From: Mobula birostris
Taxonomy: Eukaryota
Reading direction: 5' to 3'
Length of the DNA: 64,000 bases
Assembly (NCBI RefSeq): GCF_030028105.1
Contig: NC_092398.1
Coordinates: forward strand, 28,862,424-28,926,423
Part shown: one piece after another, positions 49,715-63,239 of the stretch
Numbering within the stretch: position 1 is the stretch's first letter
How the letters are laid out: each line of letters begins with the position of its first letter
Position numbers and translations under genes: made by a program
The notes under the pieces: model-generated
The model's database searches: none
Seen by the model: only the letters and a program-made list of their open reading frames with translations
What the model was told of the DNA's origin: nothing

Positions 49715-49835
49715 GGAAGTTTCTAAACACTGTCACTTGCACCTGGGAGTGTGAGAATTAATGATGTGAAAAGAAAATGCAAAATTGAAACTGTTTTTAT
49801 ATTGTCCAAGTGAAATAAAATGGAAAGTGAGCACA
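49715..49835 (+). other. WA gene 2, non-coding terminal exon with poly(A) signal
   Basis: Long polypyrimidine acceptor cttttcctttttcttttacgttttctgcag| at 49713-49714 and AATAAA at 49814-49819. Confidence 0.65.
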
Positions 49836-52800
49836 GATCATCAGCTAAACACCAGTTTGGAACGAAGATGTATAAAATTCATAAACTCAGAGCCCGGGAG
49901 TGTGTAATGGGATGTTGTGGAGGGAGCTTCACTCTGTGTCTGACCCTGGGAGTGGGTAATGGGACAGAGTGGAGGGAGCTTCACTCCGTTAATCGTAGTC
50001 AAAGTTCAAAATATTAAACAAACAAACAAATAACTCTGAGAACACGAGTTGTAAAGTCCTTGAAAGTGAGTCTATTCGTTGTAGAATCAGTTCAGAGATG
50101 GGGTGAGTGAAGTTATCCACGCTGGTTCAGGAGCCTGATGGCTGAGGGGTAATAACTGTTCCTGACCCTGTTAGTGTGGGACCTGAGGTTCCAGGAGACA
50201 GTGAGAGGAGATGGTCTGGATGCTGTGGTGTGTTGATCAGGGCGTGACATTCAACGAGAAAACAGAAACATTTAACAATTATAGTGACCCAGGTCATGCT
50301 CTCTTCTCGTTGCTGCCATCAGGAAAGAGATACAGGAGCCTCAGGACTCACACCATCAGGTTCAGGAACAGTAATTACCCCTCAACGAACAGGGTCCTGA
50401 ACCAGTGTGGATAACTTCTATTACCCCATCACTGACATGTTCCCACAAACTATGGGCTCACTTTCAAGCACTCTTCATCTCATATTCTTGATATTTATTT
50501 ATTATTATTATTTTTCACACACAGTCCCATCGCACACATTCCTGGGGTCAGACACAGAGTGAAGCTCCCTCCGCATTCTCCCATTACAAATTCCCGGGGT
50601 CCGACACAGAGTGAAGCTCCCTCCGCACTGTCCCATCACACACTTCCGGGGTCAGACACAGAGTGAAGCTCCCTCTACATTGTCCCACAATTCTCCTGAC
50701 CTGACAGCTCACGTAGTTTTTATATACCGTGAAAAGGTTCTGACAGTGTGTGATGGGTGGCTGATGGAAGCATTCTCTCTATGATGGCATTGTAGCATTG
50801 GAAGGGAGCAGGAAGAACCAGAGAGGTATTCTGTAATGATCAATAAACCAATCAAATGATACCATGCCGCCCCCCCACTCCTGGCACTCCTTCTCTGCCA
50901 CCTGTCCCACACACCTCCCGCGGAGCTCCACCCTTACCATTCCCAATATTCTTTGCTCCCGCCAGATTTACAAACTCACTCTCCGCTCCACGTTGACAAA
51001 AGCAGTACTGTGCAGTCTGTGCAAAATTGCAGTACCGTGTAAAAAGTGCACCCTAGTTATACATATGTGCCCAAGATCTTTGCACAGTACCGTATGTAAT
51101 TTATATATTCACCAAGCACATCTACACAGAGTACTGTTGCAGGAAAGCAGCATCCATCATCAGGGACCCCCACTCCCCAGGACAAGCTCTTGTCTCACTG
51201 CTGCCATCAGGAAGAAGGTGCAGCAGCCTCCAAGTTCAGGACACGTTGTTACCCCTTGACCATCTGGTCACTGAACCAGAGGGGACAACTTCACTCAATT
51301 TCATTCACCCCATCACTGGACCACCTCTTGTTGTTATCTTCACTCTTGCCGCGGTGGAAGAATTGATGATTTGAAGGTTAAACTGACAGATCTGCCACAC
51401 CCTCACCTTTCAGTTTGGTTGTCCTTTTGATTCCTTCCCCACCCACTTCTGTTTCGGATAATCAGTTTAGTTTATTCAGCTCATTACATCATTGATCATT
51501 AGCACCTGTTACTTTTGTTCAACCTTACACAAGGGATAGATACTGACAAAGTAATCAGGTTTTATTTGAAACTTTCTAATACTTAACATGCTACTTTATT
51601 TAAGAAAATGAATCATTTCTCTGTCACATGTAATACTTTGGAAATTGAGTGTTTGGAAATCTAAAATTTGCTCTTTTCTACTGATAGACTAATGCAGAAG
51701 ACAAAAGGTAAACATCTAAAACAAGAAGTATGTAAAAAAAATCTAGGAAGCCCAAGGCTTTTGCACAGTACCGTAAATAAATATTTTTGTTCTACTGTAA
51801 ATGGTGACATATATGTACTGTGATAATAAATTTACTTTGAACTCTAATATGGAAATAATTTGTTAAACTAAAATACAGAAATAATAATATATAAAATAAA
51901 TAATGAGTGGTTTATGTAACGCCCCGGACAGGGAAACCCACTTGTGTGTATCATTGGGACCTCACAGCCAGTGCCGATAGAATTACCAGTACCGTGAACT
52001 CGCGTTTCCAGCAGTCACACATTGGGTGCATCCAGTCATTCAGGGGGAAGGAAGGTCAACACCTTTGTCCTCGCAGATGGACGACTGTCTTTGATGTCAC
52101 TCGTGAAGCTGTTCCCCTGCACAGGGCTGCACGCTGATTAGAACCGCTGCCCCGTAGCACCGGGGTGTTCAAACCCGCCCTCTGGAGTGTTTGAGTGTGT
52201 ACTTTACGCCATCTCACTCTGACTGGACAGGTTTCTCCCAGGTGCTCCGGGAACATAGAAAGAAGAACATAACAATGCGGTACAGGCCCTTCGGCCCACA
52301 ATGATGTGCCGACTTTTTAACCTACTCTATGATCAATCTATTCCTCCCCTCCCATACAGCCCTCCATTTATTCTCAATGTGCCTATCTAAGAGTCTCTTA
52401 AATGTCCCTAATGTATCTGCCTCTACCACGACCATGCGCCCACCATTCTTACCCCTGACATCCTCCCTATACTTTCCTCCAATCACCTTAAAATTATGCC
52501 CCTTCATATTAGCCACTTTTTCCTGGGAAAAAGATGCTGACTGTCCACTCGATCAATCTCCCTCATCATCTTGTACAATTCTATTAAGTCACCCTTTGTT
52601 CTCCTTCACTGCAAAGAGAAAAGCCCTAAGGAACTCAGTTTATCCTCATAAGACAGGCTCCCTAATCCAGTCAGTTTCCCGGTAAATCTCCTCTGCACCC
52701 TCTCTAAAAAAAGCTTCCACTTCCTTTCTTCAATGAGGCAAAGAGAAGAGAGCACAATATTCCAAGTGAGGTTTTTTTAGAGCTGAAACATTACGTCGCG

Positions 52801-53249
52801 GCTTAATTGAACTCAAGCCCCTGACTAATGTAGGCCAACCATCCTATCAACTTCCTCAGTAACTTTGAGGATCAATGGATGTGGATACCAAGATTCCTTT
52901 GTCACTCCACACTGCTAAGAAACCTGTAATTATCCCTGTATTCTGCCTTCAAATTCGACCTTCAAAAATGAATCACTCCGTATGCTGAATGTACTTAGTC
53001 AGACCCTGCTTCTCCAAATGCTCATAAATCTTCTCTCTGAAATCTCCAATAATTCTCCCACTACTGAAATAAACTCCCAGGGTTTTCCCTATTCCCTTTC
53101 TCGAACAAGGGGTTGTCTTTTCCAACCATTTGGTACGGTCTCTGTAGCCAACGAGGATGCAATTTAGTTAACACTATTTTACCCTTGATATGTTTCCAAT
53201 GCCATCCTTGAGCGCTGCAGTGTCCCTCTCAGTTCGCTTTCAGATGACT

Positions 53250-54130
53250 CTACTGCAGGGGTGGTGGCATGCCAATGGTGGATGGATCTCCAATAGAGTT
53301 GTCTCAGCCAATCATGGTCCTCCTGCTTTTACCACATACAAGCCCAGTGTGGCTTGATGGTTATTGTATTTCATTGTTTCAAATGTCATTTCCACAGGAG
53401 TTATCTTTTCTCCAGTTTGGGTTCTTACTTGGACTACAAACTTCAGTTTAGACTCATACCTGGACATCTACAGCCTTCAGTTTAATATCTTTGAAAAGCT
53501 GATCAAACTCATTTTGTGGAATGACTGAAACAGCTGAACTAGTGTCCAATTCTATTTTAATAATATTGCCGTTCACTTCTAGTCTAGGTCATTGTTTGTC
53601 TCTTACCAGTTTTTACATTGAAAATCTAAAAGGCTACACAATCCAGTGTCACTCATCATAATCAGATTTTTCATCAGCATCATGAAGATTAGTGCTCCTT
53701 TGAAACGACAACTTCATCTTCTTCTCTTGCATGTGCAGTCCATTTGTTTTTGTCTGCCTGATATGCTCTTTGTATGTCCTACTTTGTTACATTTTCTGTA
53801 AGTTTCACCTTTAAGTCTGCATTCGTCTGGTGTATGTGAACCTCTGTCACAATGGTAACACAATTTGTTTGGTCAGGCCACTTTCTGTTTCAATATTGCA
53901 ATTTTGTTCACACTCACTTTCATTCCTGATTGCAGTTCAATTGTGTCTCTGTCTGCTGTTTTCATTGACATAGCTATTTCAATTGCTCTTCTGAATGTAA
54001 TTTGTGTTTCAGTTAGGAGCCAGTTTTGAGTGCTGTCTTGTAAGTTTCCACAAATTAATTATCTCTCAGTGCTTTATTAAGCCCGTTACCAAACTGACAA
54101 TGCTCAGACAACTCCTTCAATTCAATTTTG
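53250..54130 (-). mobile_element. Ty3/Gypsy gag-protease fragment
   Basis: Zinc knuckle CYHCDRGSHTPDEC (CX2CX4HX4C) near 53820-53860 and aspartic-protease motif IELDTSSAVSVIP near 53520-53560. Many stops. Confidence 0.8.
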
Positions 54131-54311
54131 CAACTCCAAAAATATAAGTGAACTGAAAGGAGAGCAGGGGAACGGGGAATCGAAGACGAACTTTATTTTT
54201 TACTTGAAGCAAGATGCGTGCATATCATGTGATGGCGTGATGACGTATGCCATGCACGGACTTCTGCATATAACTAGTAATGAATTATTTAAACAATAAA
54301 GAAAGCTCAAT

Positions 54312-54316
<5 letters not shown>

Positions 54317-54340
<24 letters not shown>
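54317..54340. repeat. (CA)n microsatellite
   Basis: About 12 perfect CA units. Confidence 0.95.
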
Positions 54341-54343
<3 letters not shown>

Positions 54344-56216
54344 TATATATCTATACATAATACTGAAATGTTGAATTGAATTGACTTTATTTCTTACATC
54401 TTGTCTTGTCTTGCCCTACACATACATGAGTAAAAATCTTTATATTACGTCTCTGTCTAAATGTGCTGTGTGTAATCATAGTAATTTACAATAACTTATA
54501 ATAAATAGAATGGTCAATATAACACAGAAATATACTCAGATCAGCGCGAGTACCTCAGTCTGATGGTCTGGTGGAAGAAGCTGGCCTGCAGCCTGCTGAT
54601 CCTGGCATTTATGCTTGCGGTACCATTTCCCGGCTGGTAGCAGCTGGAACAGTTTGGGTGACTCGGGGCCCTGGCGATCCTTCGGGCCCTTTTTACACAC
54701 CTGTCTTTGCAAATGTCCTGAATTATGGGAGTTCACAACTACAGATGCGCTGGGCTGTCCGCACCACTCTCTGCAGAACCCTGTGATTGAGGGGAGTACA
54801 GTTCCCACACCAGGCAGTGATGCAGCCAGTCAAGATGCTCTCAGTTGTGCCCTTGTAGAAAGTTCTTAGGATTTGGGGACCCATACCAAACTTCCTCAAC
54901 TGTCTGAGGTGCAAGAGGTGCAAATACATATCAGTGTATATTGAAACATACAGAGAAATACATCGTTTTTGCGTGGAATCAAATAAGAGGATTGTGCTGT
55001 GGGAAGCCCCCAAGTGTCACTATGATTCTGGCACCGATATACCATGCCCATAACTCACTAACCCTAACTTGTACATCTTTGGAACATGGGAGGAAATGGG
55101 AAGAGACCCACGGGGAGAACTCCATACAGACTGTGACGGGAATTGAACCCCGATCTTCGGATTACTGACGCTGTAACCGTTACGCCCGGATGCTTCGCAT
55201 CGTTTGATGTTTGTTAGTCAGAAATACGAATGGGACTTTCACCAGCTGAGATCGTAAGCACAAAAGACTCTGCGAGAGTAACACACACAAAATGCCGGAG
55301 GAACTCAGCAGGTCAGGCAGCACCTCTGGAAATGAAGAAACAGTCTTAGTTTCAGGCCGGGACCCTTCACCAGGACTAGTTCATTCAACCCCTCTATCGA
55401 TGCTGCTTCAGGACTTGTACGTGTTGCTTTGGATTTCCAGCATCTGCAGAATTCCTCATTTTTAGATCCTGCAGATGCTGGAAATCCAGGGCAGCACGCA
55501 AAATGCTGCAGAAACTCAGCAAGTTCGGCATCATCTGTGTAGGGAAATAAACAGTCAGCCTCATGGACTAAGACCCTCTTGTCCCAAAGTCATAACTGCT
55601 TATACCCTTCCATAACTGTTTTAATATTATTACCTAATAACTAAACACCGTACTATATGAATTGGTTACTGAATTGCTCGGTACCCAAGGAAATTTGGTT
55701 GTGATGATGGGTGTATGAGTGAAAGTACACAGTGGGAACATTGAATTGAAACCTATTGAATAATGAAAGGCCTCGACAGAGTGGATGTGGAGAGAATATT
55801 TCCTATAATGAACCTTAGGTTCAGCACAGCTTTGTGGGCTGAGCACCTGTATTGTGCTGCAGAGTTTCTATGTTTCTATGTATAATGGGGGAGACTAGGA
55901 CCAGAGGGGACAGCCTCAGAATACAAGGATGTGTCTTTACATAGAGATGAGGAGGAATCTCTTCAGGGAGGTGAATCTGTGGAATTCACTGCACATACGG
56001 CTGCGGAGATCAAGTCATTGGGTGTATTTAAAGTGGAGGTTGGTAGGTTCTTCATTAGTATGAGTTTCAGAGTTTAGAGGGAGAAGGCAGTAAAATGGGG
56101 CTGAGAAGGATAATTAATCAGCCATGATAGAATGGCAGAGCAGACTTGATGGGCTGAATGGCCTATTTCTGTTCCTATGCCTTATGGAAGGATATAGGAT
56201 TGATGTCTTTGTACTG

Positions 56217-56600
56217 GCCCCGGGAGTGTGTGATGGGACGATGTGGAGGGAACTTCACTCTGTGTCTGACCCCGGGCATGAGTGATGGGGTGTGAAGGGA
56301 GCTTCACTCTGTGTCTGACCCCGGGAGTGTGTGATGGGACGGTGTGGAGGGAGTTTCACTCTGTGTCTGTCACCGGGAGTGAGTGATGGGACGGTGTGGA
56401 GGGAACTTCACTCTGTGGCTGACCCTGTGAGTGTGTGATGGGACGATGTGGAGGGAGCTTCACCCTGTATGACCCCGGTAGTGTGATGGGACGGTGTGGA
56501 AGGAGCTTCACTCTGAGTCTGACTCCAGGAGTGTGTGACGGGACAGTGTGGAGGGAGCTTCATTCTGTGTCTGACCCCGGGAGCGCCTGTCGGGACGGTG
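56217..56600. repeat. About 53-bp satellite, about 7 copies
   Basis: Unit CCCGGGAGTGTGTGATGGGACGGTGTGGAGGGAGCTTCACTCTGTGTCTGAC. Shorter arrays lie at 49890-49990 and, inverted, at 50520-50690. Confidence 0.9.
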
Positions 56601-57418
56601 TGGATGGAGCGGAGAGAGCCTGTATAGGTTATAATGAACTAAATGGCTTTCATCTCTAAGAAGCTCTCTCTGTTTTCCTTGGCTGTTCTCCCCTGTAATT
56701 CCCTGCTTGCAATTTCATCCCCTTGCGAAATTACAGGCACGTCATTAATCAGTTGCTTCCCCCGCGATCTTATTTCAACGCTCATCAGTTATCACCACGT
56801 TTGTAATTGATCGTGTCCCTGGCTCATGTTCCGCTGCGAAGCTTCCGTGAAGCTACAGAAAGTCCCCACCGCCTCGCCGTCTCCAGCTAACAAGGTTGAA
56901 ATGTAAACCCACTTCCTTATATAAAAAAAAACAGTTCTGATTGGTGGATCCACTGTATGGCCGTGAACTCCGCAGTAACTGCCTTTCAACTGAGTGCGAG
57001 AGACACCACACAAACACACCGACAAGCAAATATTAAAAACTCCGCGTTCTGTGTTGTGAATTCGTCCATTGTTCCCATTCAGCCACATGCCGTGCCGCTG
57101 ACAGGTTAAATGTGCGGACAGGAACTTGGCAGGTGGCGTAGGATCGATCAAAGAACAGTACAGGCCCTTCAGCCCGCTAGATTGTGCCGGCCATTGAACC
57201 AACTCCAAGAGCAATCTAACCCTTCCCTCCTACAGAGCCCTCCAATTTTCCAATCATCCATGTGCCTGCCTCAGAGTCTCTTAAATGCCCCAAATGTATC
57301 TGGCTCTATCACCACCCCTGGCAGGGTGTTCCATACACACATCATACTCTGTGTAAAGAATACTTTCTTCCAATCACTTTTAAAAATTTGCCCACTTCAA
57401 TGAGTTATTTCCACCCTG

Positions 57419-58684
57419 TGTCACAATGGGGACATTGGCAACGGACCCAAATGCAAGAGACACAGACACTAACAGGACGAGGACCAGAGTTAAGCAAGCA
57501 AGGGAAGTGGAGAAGAAGGGACGCTGGACATGACACAGAGCCTGGACGAGACAAGGACACAGGGCCTAGGCTAGGACTAGACTCGGATAGTGGAACCAGG
57601 ACATGGAACTAGGAACTAGGAGCCTGGGCGTGGACTCCGAGCCAGAGACTGGACAAGGACCCAGAACCTGGGTCTTGACTCGGGCTCGGATCACAAAACT
57701 AGGCAAGGGCATGACATGGTTACTGTTGGGAAGTGGCTAGGGTATTGAGGCTTGGGGTCTTGAGGCTTGAGCTTGGAGACAGGCTTGGGGTCTTAAGTAC
57801 TTCGAGGCTTGGGTATGGACTCCGAGCCAGAGACTGGGCAAGGACCAGAAACTGGTACTTGACTCATGCTCGGACTCCAGAACTAGGCGAGGACAAGACA
57901 AGGCTACAGGACTGAACATGGCTTGAGTGAGGAACTCCTGGGTAGGGCGAGACACAAGGACAGGTAAAGGCACATGGACAGAAATCGGATAGGACTGGAC
58001 GAGGCACGGACCGGACTAGGGCCTTCAGGAGTACGGAGCCTTGGACTAGAAGAGACAGGAGCATGGAACACCGAACCAGGGCACCTCCTTGGGAACAGGA
58101 CGTAGGGCCGGGAATCATAAACATAACACAGAGCCGGGACCCCTCCTTGGGAACAGGACGTAGGGCCGGGACTCATAACCATAACACAGAGCCGGGAACC
58201 CTCCTTGAAAACAGGACGTAGGGCTGGGACTCGTACACAGAAAGCTGAACATGAAGAGACGTATAGCAACACAAGGTGGCGGCAAACGACCGGACCTACC
58301 TAGCGAAGGTGAGGAGACAGAGACAGTTCCACACAACGAAAGACAGTTCCTTATCTTGATCTAACAAGGATCCGGCCTTGCTCCAGCGGTAAAACTTCAG
58401 TGATACAGGAGGGGTATACAGGCAGAGTATCCAGGCTAGGTGTGCAGGCAGTGAGTCAGGTGAGGTATCCAGGCAGAAAGTCAGGGGGAAAGACAAGGAG
58501 ACGAACAGAACAGTCCAGTAGCCAAGCCCTGGTCTCTGGAGGTTTTTATGAGTCTGCCCAAACTAGACTCATGTACCTCAATTAGAGTTGTGAAGACAAA
58601 TGGGGTAAACAGGAAAACTTGGAACAAGGGTCAACGGACTGGACCGTGAACCAGAATGTGGACTTCATGGACCGGACCATAACA
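57419..58684 (-). mobile_element. Solo LTR, same family as 22827-24144, TSD CCCTG
   Basis: Termini TGTCACAAT and CCATAACA. TSD CCCTG at 57414-57418 and 58685-58689. Shares the GGACCCAAATGC(A/G)AGACAC terminal block. Confidence 0.85.
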
Positions 58685-59966
58685 CCCTGGGAGAAACCTC
58701 CAGCCTGTCTATTCCTTTTATCACATTGCACACCTCTATCAGGTCACCTCACATCCTCATTAACTCCAAAAACTCCTAGGCAAGGCAGCATCCTGGTAAA
58801 TCTCCTCTGCACCCTCTCTGAATCTTTCACATCCTTCCTATAATGAGGCGACCAGAACTGAACACAAAATTCCAACTGTGGTCTAACCAATGTTTTGTAG
58901 AAGGTGGATAAATATACTCAGTGGCCACACTATTAGTTAGCTCCTGTACCTAGTAAAGTGGCCACTCAGTGTATGTCCATGGTCTTCTGCTGCTGTAGCC
59001 CATCCAGTTCAAGGTTCAAAGTGTTGTGCATTCAGAGATACACTTCTGCACAAAACAGTTGAGTTACTGTCAGCTTGAATCAGTCTTGTCACTCTCCTCT
59101 GACCTTTCTCATTTTTGCCCACAGAACTAAATGTCACTGGATTTATTTTTTTCATTTTGTTTAGATTTCCACACCAATCTCGGCAAAACAGAGACTGCTG
59201 TGCGTGAAAATCCCGGGAGATCAGCAGTTTCTGAGATATTCAAACCATCCCATCTGGCACCAACAATCATTCCACGGTCAAAGTCACAGATCACATTTAT
59301 TCCACCATTCTGATGTTCGGTCTGAACAACTAATCCCCTTGACCATGTCACCATGCTTTTATGCATTGTGTTGCTGCCACACGATTGGCTGATTAGATAT
59401 TACCATTAACAAGCCGGTGTAGAAACATGCCTAATAAAATAGATACTGAGTGCAGCGTGTGAAACTTTTTAAAAAGTTAGTTTACAGGTACGGCAAATAA
59501 TTGCAAAGTCTGTTGGAATGTTGGTCCTTATTGGGTGTATGAATTTGGGGATGTATGGATGAAAGTTTTAAAGGACACGTGGATTACTGAATACAACACA
59601 AACACAAGAGGTTCTGCAGGAGCTCGAAATCCAGTGCAACACATGGAAAAATGTTGGTGGATCTCAGCAGCTCAGGCCACATCTATGGAGGGGAATAAAC
59701 AGTGACGTTACAAAGTCGAATTGAAATGGATTGTCACTGGCAGACAGGGTTTCCCATCACCCATTTCATTCCAACTTCCCATTCTCATTCTGGCATGTCT
59801 GCCCACAGCCTCCACTACTGCCATGATGAGAAACCCTCAGATTAGGGGAGCAATACCCCATTTTCTATTTGGGTAGCTTTCAACCTGGTGGCATGAACAT
59901 CAATTTCTCTGACTTCTGGTAATTCCACCCCACCCCTGTTTTTCCATTTCCAATTCAGGCTCCTCG

Positions 59967-60566
59967 TGTCACAAAGAGGGTGCTGGGAACGGACCCAAAT
60001 GCGAGACACAGATATTGAAGTACAAGGAACAGGACTTGACTAGAGTAGGGACGTGACAGGATTCAGGCAAGGAGCAGGGACAAGAGCGCAGACTTGGGCT
60101 AGGGAAAGCGGGACCAGGACTAGGACCCATGGACTAGGAGACAAGGCTTGGACTCTGAGCCCAAGACTGGACAAGGACCCAGAACCTAGGTCTTGCCTCG
60201 GGCTCGGACCCCAGAACCAGGCAAGGACATGACATGGATTGAGGCTGGGGTCTTGGGTCTTGAGCTAGGCTTGGGATCCTCGAGGCTTGGGGTCTGGGGT
60301 CTTGGATCTTGAGCTTGGCTTGGGATCTTGAGGCTTGGGTCTTGAGTTTTGGGTCTTGAGCTTGGCCAGGGATCCTCAAGGCTTGGGTTCTTGGAACTTG
60401 GCTTGGGATCCTCGAGGCTTGGGTTTTTGGAGCTTGGTTGCGGGATCCTCATGGCTTGGGTTCTTGGAGCTTGGCTACGGAATCGTCGAGGCTAGGGTTC
60501 TTGGAGCTTGGCTTCAGGATCTTTGTCTTGAACCGGAATGCGGAGTTCACGGACCGGACCATGACA
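59967..60566 (-). mobile_element. Solo LTR, same family, shorter variant, TSD CCTCG
   Basis: Termini TGTCACAAA and CCATGACA. TSD CCTCG at 59962-59966 and 60567-60571. Internal GCTTGGG-rich tandem repeats. Confidence 0.85.
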
Positions 60567-60589
60567 CCTCGTTTAAATGCCTCATTAAT

Positions 60590-60840
60590 GCCCTCCATCA
60601 CTACCCATGGCACTCCGCACCCCCATCACCATCCATGGCAGCCCTCAACCCCATCACCACCCATGGCATCCCTCACCCCCACCACCACCCATGGCACCAT
60701 TCAACCCCAATCACCACCCATGACAACCTTCAGCCCCATCACCACCGACTGAAACCCTCACCCCCATCACCACCCATGACTCCCCTCACCCCTATCACCA
60801 TCCATGGCTGCCCCCACCCCATCACCATCCATGACAGCTT
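60590..60840. repeat. About 28-bp C-rich tandem repeat
   Basis: Unit approximately CCCTCACCCCCATCACCACCCATGGCA, about 9 copies. Confidence 0.85.
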
Positions 60841-61402
60841 GTTTCAAGTAACCATCATTGTGTCTAAATAAATTTAAACTGGGAGCTTGAACATCGATTT
60901 CTCTAACTTTCAGTCATTTCTTCCCCCCATCCTCCGCTCTTCTTCCACCAGACCATGAGCTGATGAACTCACGCTTCTCTGAGTGTACTCTATATTACAT
61001 CTATTTATTATAAATTATTATAAATTACTATGATTGCACAATGCACACTTAGATGGAGATGCAACGTAAAGATTTTTACTCCTCATGTATGTAAAGTATG
61101 TAAGAAATAAAGTCAATTCAATTCAGTTCCCTTTTTCCATTCCTCAATCTGGTTCCCCTCTTACGTCTTCTCCTTACCTACCCATCACCTACCCTGGTAC
61201 CCCTCCTACTTTCCTTTCTCCCATGATCCTCCCCTATCAGATTCCGTCTTCTTCAGCCCTTTATCACCTCCCCAGCTTCTTATTTCACCCCCCTCACCTA
61301 GTCTCACCTATCACCTTCCAGCTTGTACTCCTCCCCCTCCACTTACCTTCTTATTCTGGATTCTGCAAATAACACCCCCCCCCAACCCCCCACTTTCCTT
61401 TC

Positions 61403-61440
61403 CAGTCCTGATGAAGTGTCTGGGTCTGAAACATCGACTC
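61403..61440 (+). ncRNA. Second decayed hammerhead-like motif of the same Penelope-type terminal repeat
   Basis: CAGTC-CTGATGA-AGTGTCTGGGTCT-GAAA-CATC-GACT. Cores intact, stem II degraded. It follows the same pyrimidine-rich Penelope tail sequence as 1-256. Confidence 0.4.
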
Positions 61441-63239
61441 TTTATCCTCCCCTATGGGTTCTGACTCGGCCAAGCGGGACTCATTAGCCTTGGATGGCAG
61501 CCCGTCTAGGAGAAGGAAAACTCTGATTTGAAACCTTCGCTGCCTTGCAGCCACACCCACCCATGGGAATGGCTTCAGGAGTAAACCCTGAAGAAAAGAT
61601 CTGGAGCTGGGATCCCTAAGTCAGTTTGATGTAGTTTACAACTTCACTCTGGCAAGCTCTGCGATGACGCTGGTGCCAAGCTAATCGACGTTTGCCCTTC
61701 CCTTGGACTGCATCAGTGACGTGGAGAGGGGGAACCCACTGCATGGGCAACAGTCGGTTCTTGAAATCCTCCCGCTCTGGAGAGGACACAGTCCACCAGA
61801 GACGCAAACCCATGATCCCTCGGGATTGATGGCTGCCTGCTACTACTATAGATTCTGACTAACTTGCCGAGTTCCTCCACCATTTTGCATGTGTTGCACT
61901 GTGTACAGTTCTAATCTCTGCATTTCAGGAAGAATATGCTTCCAAAGACGGCTCAGTAGTTAGCTTTGGGGATGAAACTGCTACCACTGGGAATGAAGTT
62001 CGGGAGCCTTAGGACCTAACACCACCAGGTTCAGGAACAGTTATTACCCTTCAATCGACAGCCTCCTGAACCAGTGTGGATAGCTTTACTCACCTCAACA
62101 TTGAACTGCCTGGACAATGTAATGGGCAGGAAAAATCATTGCGGCCACAACCCACCCAGCAAACTGCTTTTTCAGAAAACTCCCTTCTGGAAAGCACTAG
62201 AGGGCTATTAAAACAAAGACTTAATGCCATCTTAAAGGTTCTTCCCCCAGGCAGTTAATCTGATCAGCCATTCTCGAGACCTCCCCTACCCCCTCTATCT
62301 ATTACCTCCATTACTGCACTGTAAACACATCAAACCACTTTTTATAAACATGTTTACATGCTGCTATTTCTGTATTTATGCACATTTTATACCAAATCTA
62401 TACTTTAACCTTAAAATTTATATTTTATATAATTCTTCATTCGATATCATTGTTGTTTTCTGTTGCATGACACACCCTGACCAACTCACCACGGCAAATT
62501 CCTATCCATATCAACGTACATGGTGCCTCAAGTTGATCCTCGGATGTTGCCTCTTTGAGGCAGTGGTTTCTCTAGGTATTCCCAGTGGTGGAGAGGAGTT
62601 TGCCTGTGAGGTACTGAGTTAGGTAGAGTTGACGAGGTATTTTTGTACACACGGCCCCAGATGGAGGCTTGTGGTCCAACTTAACTGTGGTTGCCAACAT
62701 CCGGGTGGCAAGTGCCAGCTCGGAAAGGCATCTCAATGCCAGTAGAACTAGCAAAACCAGCACCGCCTGGGGCTGGTGTAGTTCTGCCAGGCCTCCAAAA
62801 GAAGGTCAGGTTGAAGATCAGGTTACAGAGTTATACCTCATGGGAACAGGCCATTACCACAATCGAGCACGTCTACAAGGAGAGCTACCACAAGACAGCA
62901 GCATCCATCATCAAGGACCCCACTATCCAGGCCGTGCTCTCTTCTCACTGCTGCCATTGGACAGGAGGTGCAGGAGCCTCAGGTCCCACACCACCAGGTT
63001 CAGGAACAGATATTACCCCTCAACCATCAAGCTCCTGAATCGACGTGGATAGCTTCCCTGATGCCAGCACTGAAATGATTCCACAAGCTGTGGACTCACT
63101 TTCAAGGACTCTACACCTCATGTTCTCAATAATCTTTTTTATATACAATTCGTCTTTTTTACAAATTAGTTTCACAGTGTTTGTCTGTTTATATATATAG
63201 TGTTTCATTAAATTCTTGGTTTATTAAGTTTATTATAGC

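Noticed and set aside
56217-56600. CRISPR-like array (also 46296-46512 and 15105-16152)
   Set aside because: Head-to-tail tandem repeats with no unique spacers, no cas genes, and a vertebrate context.
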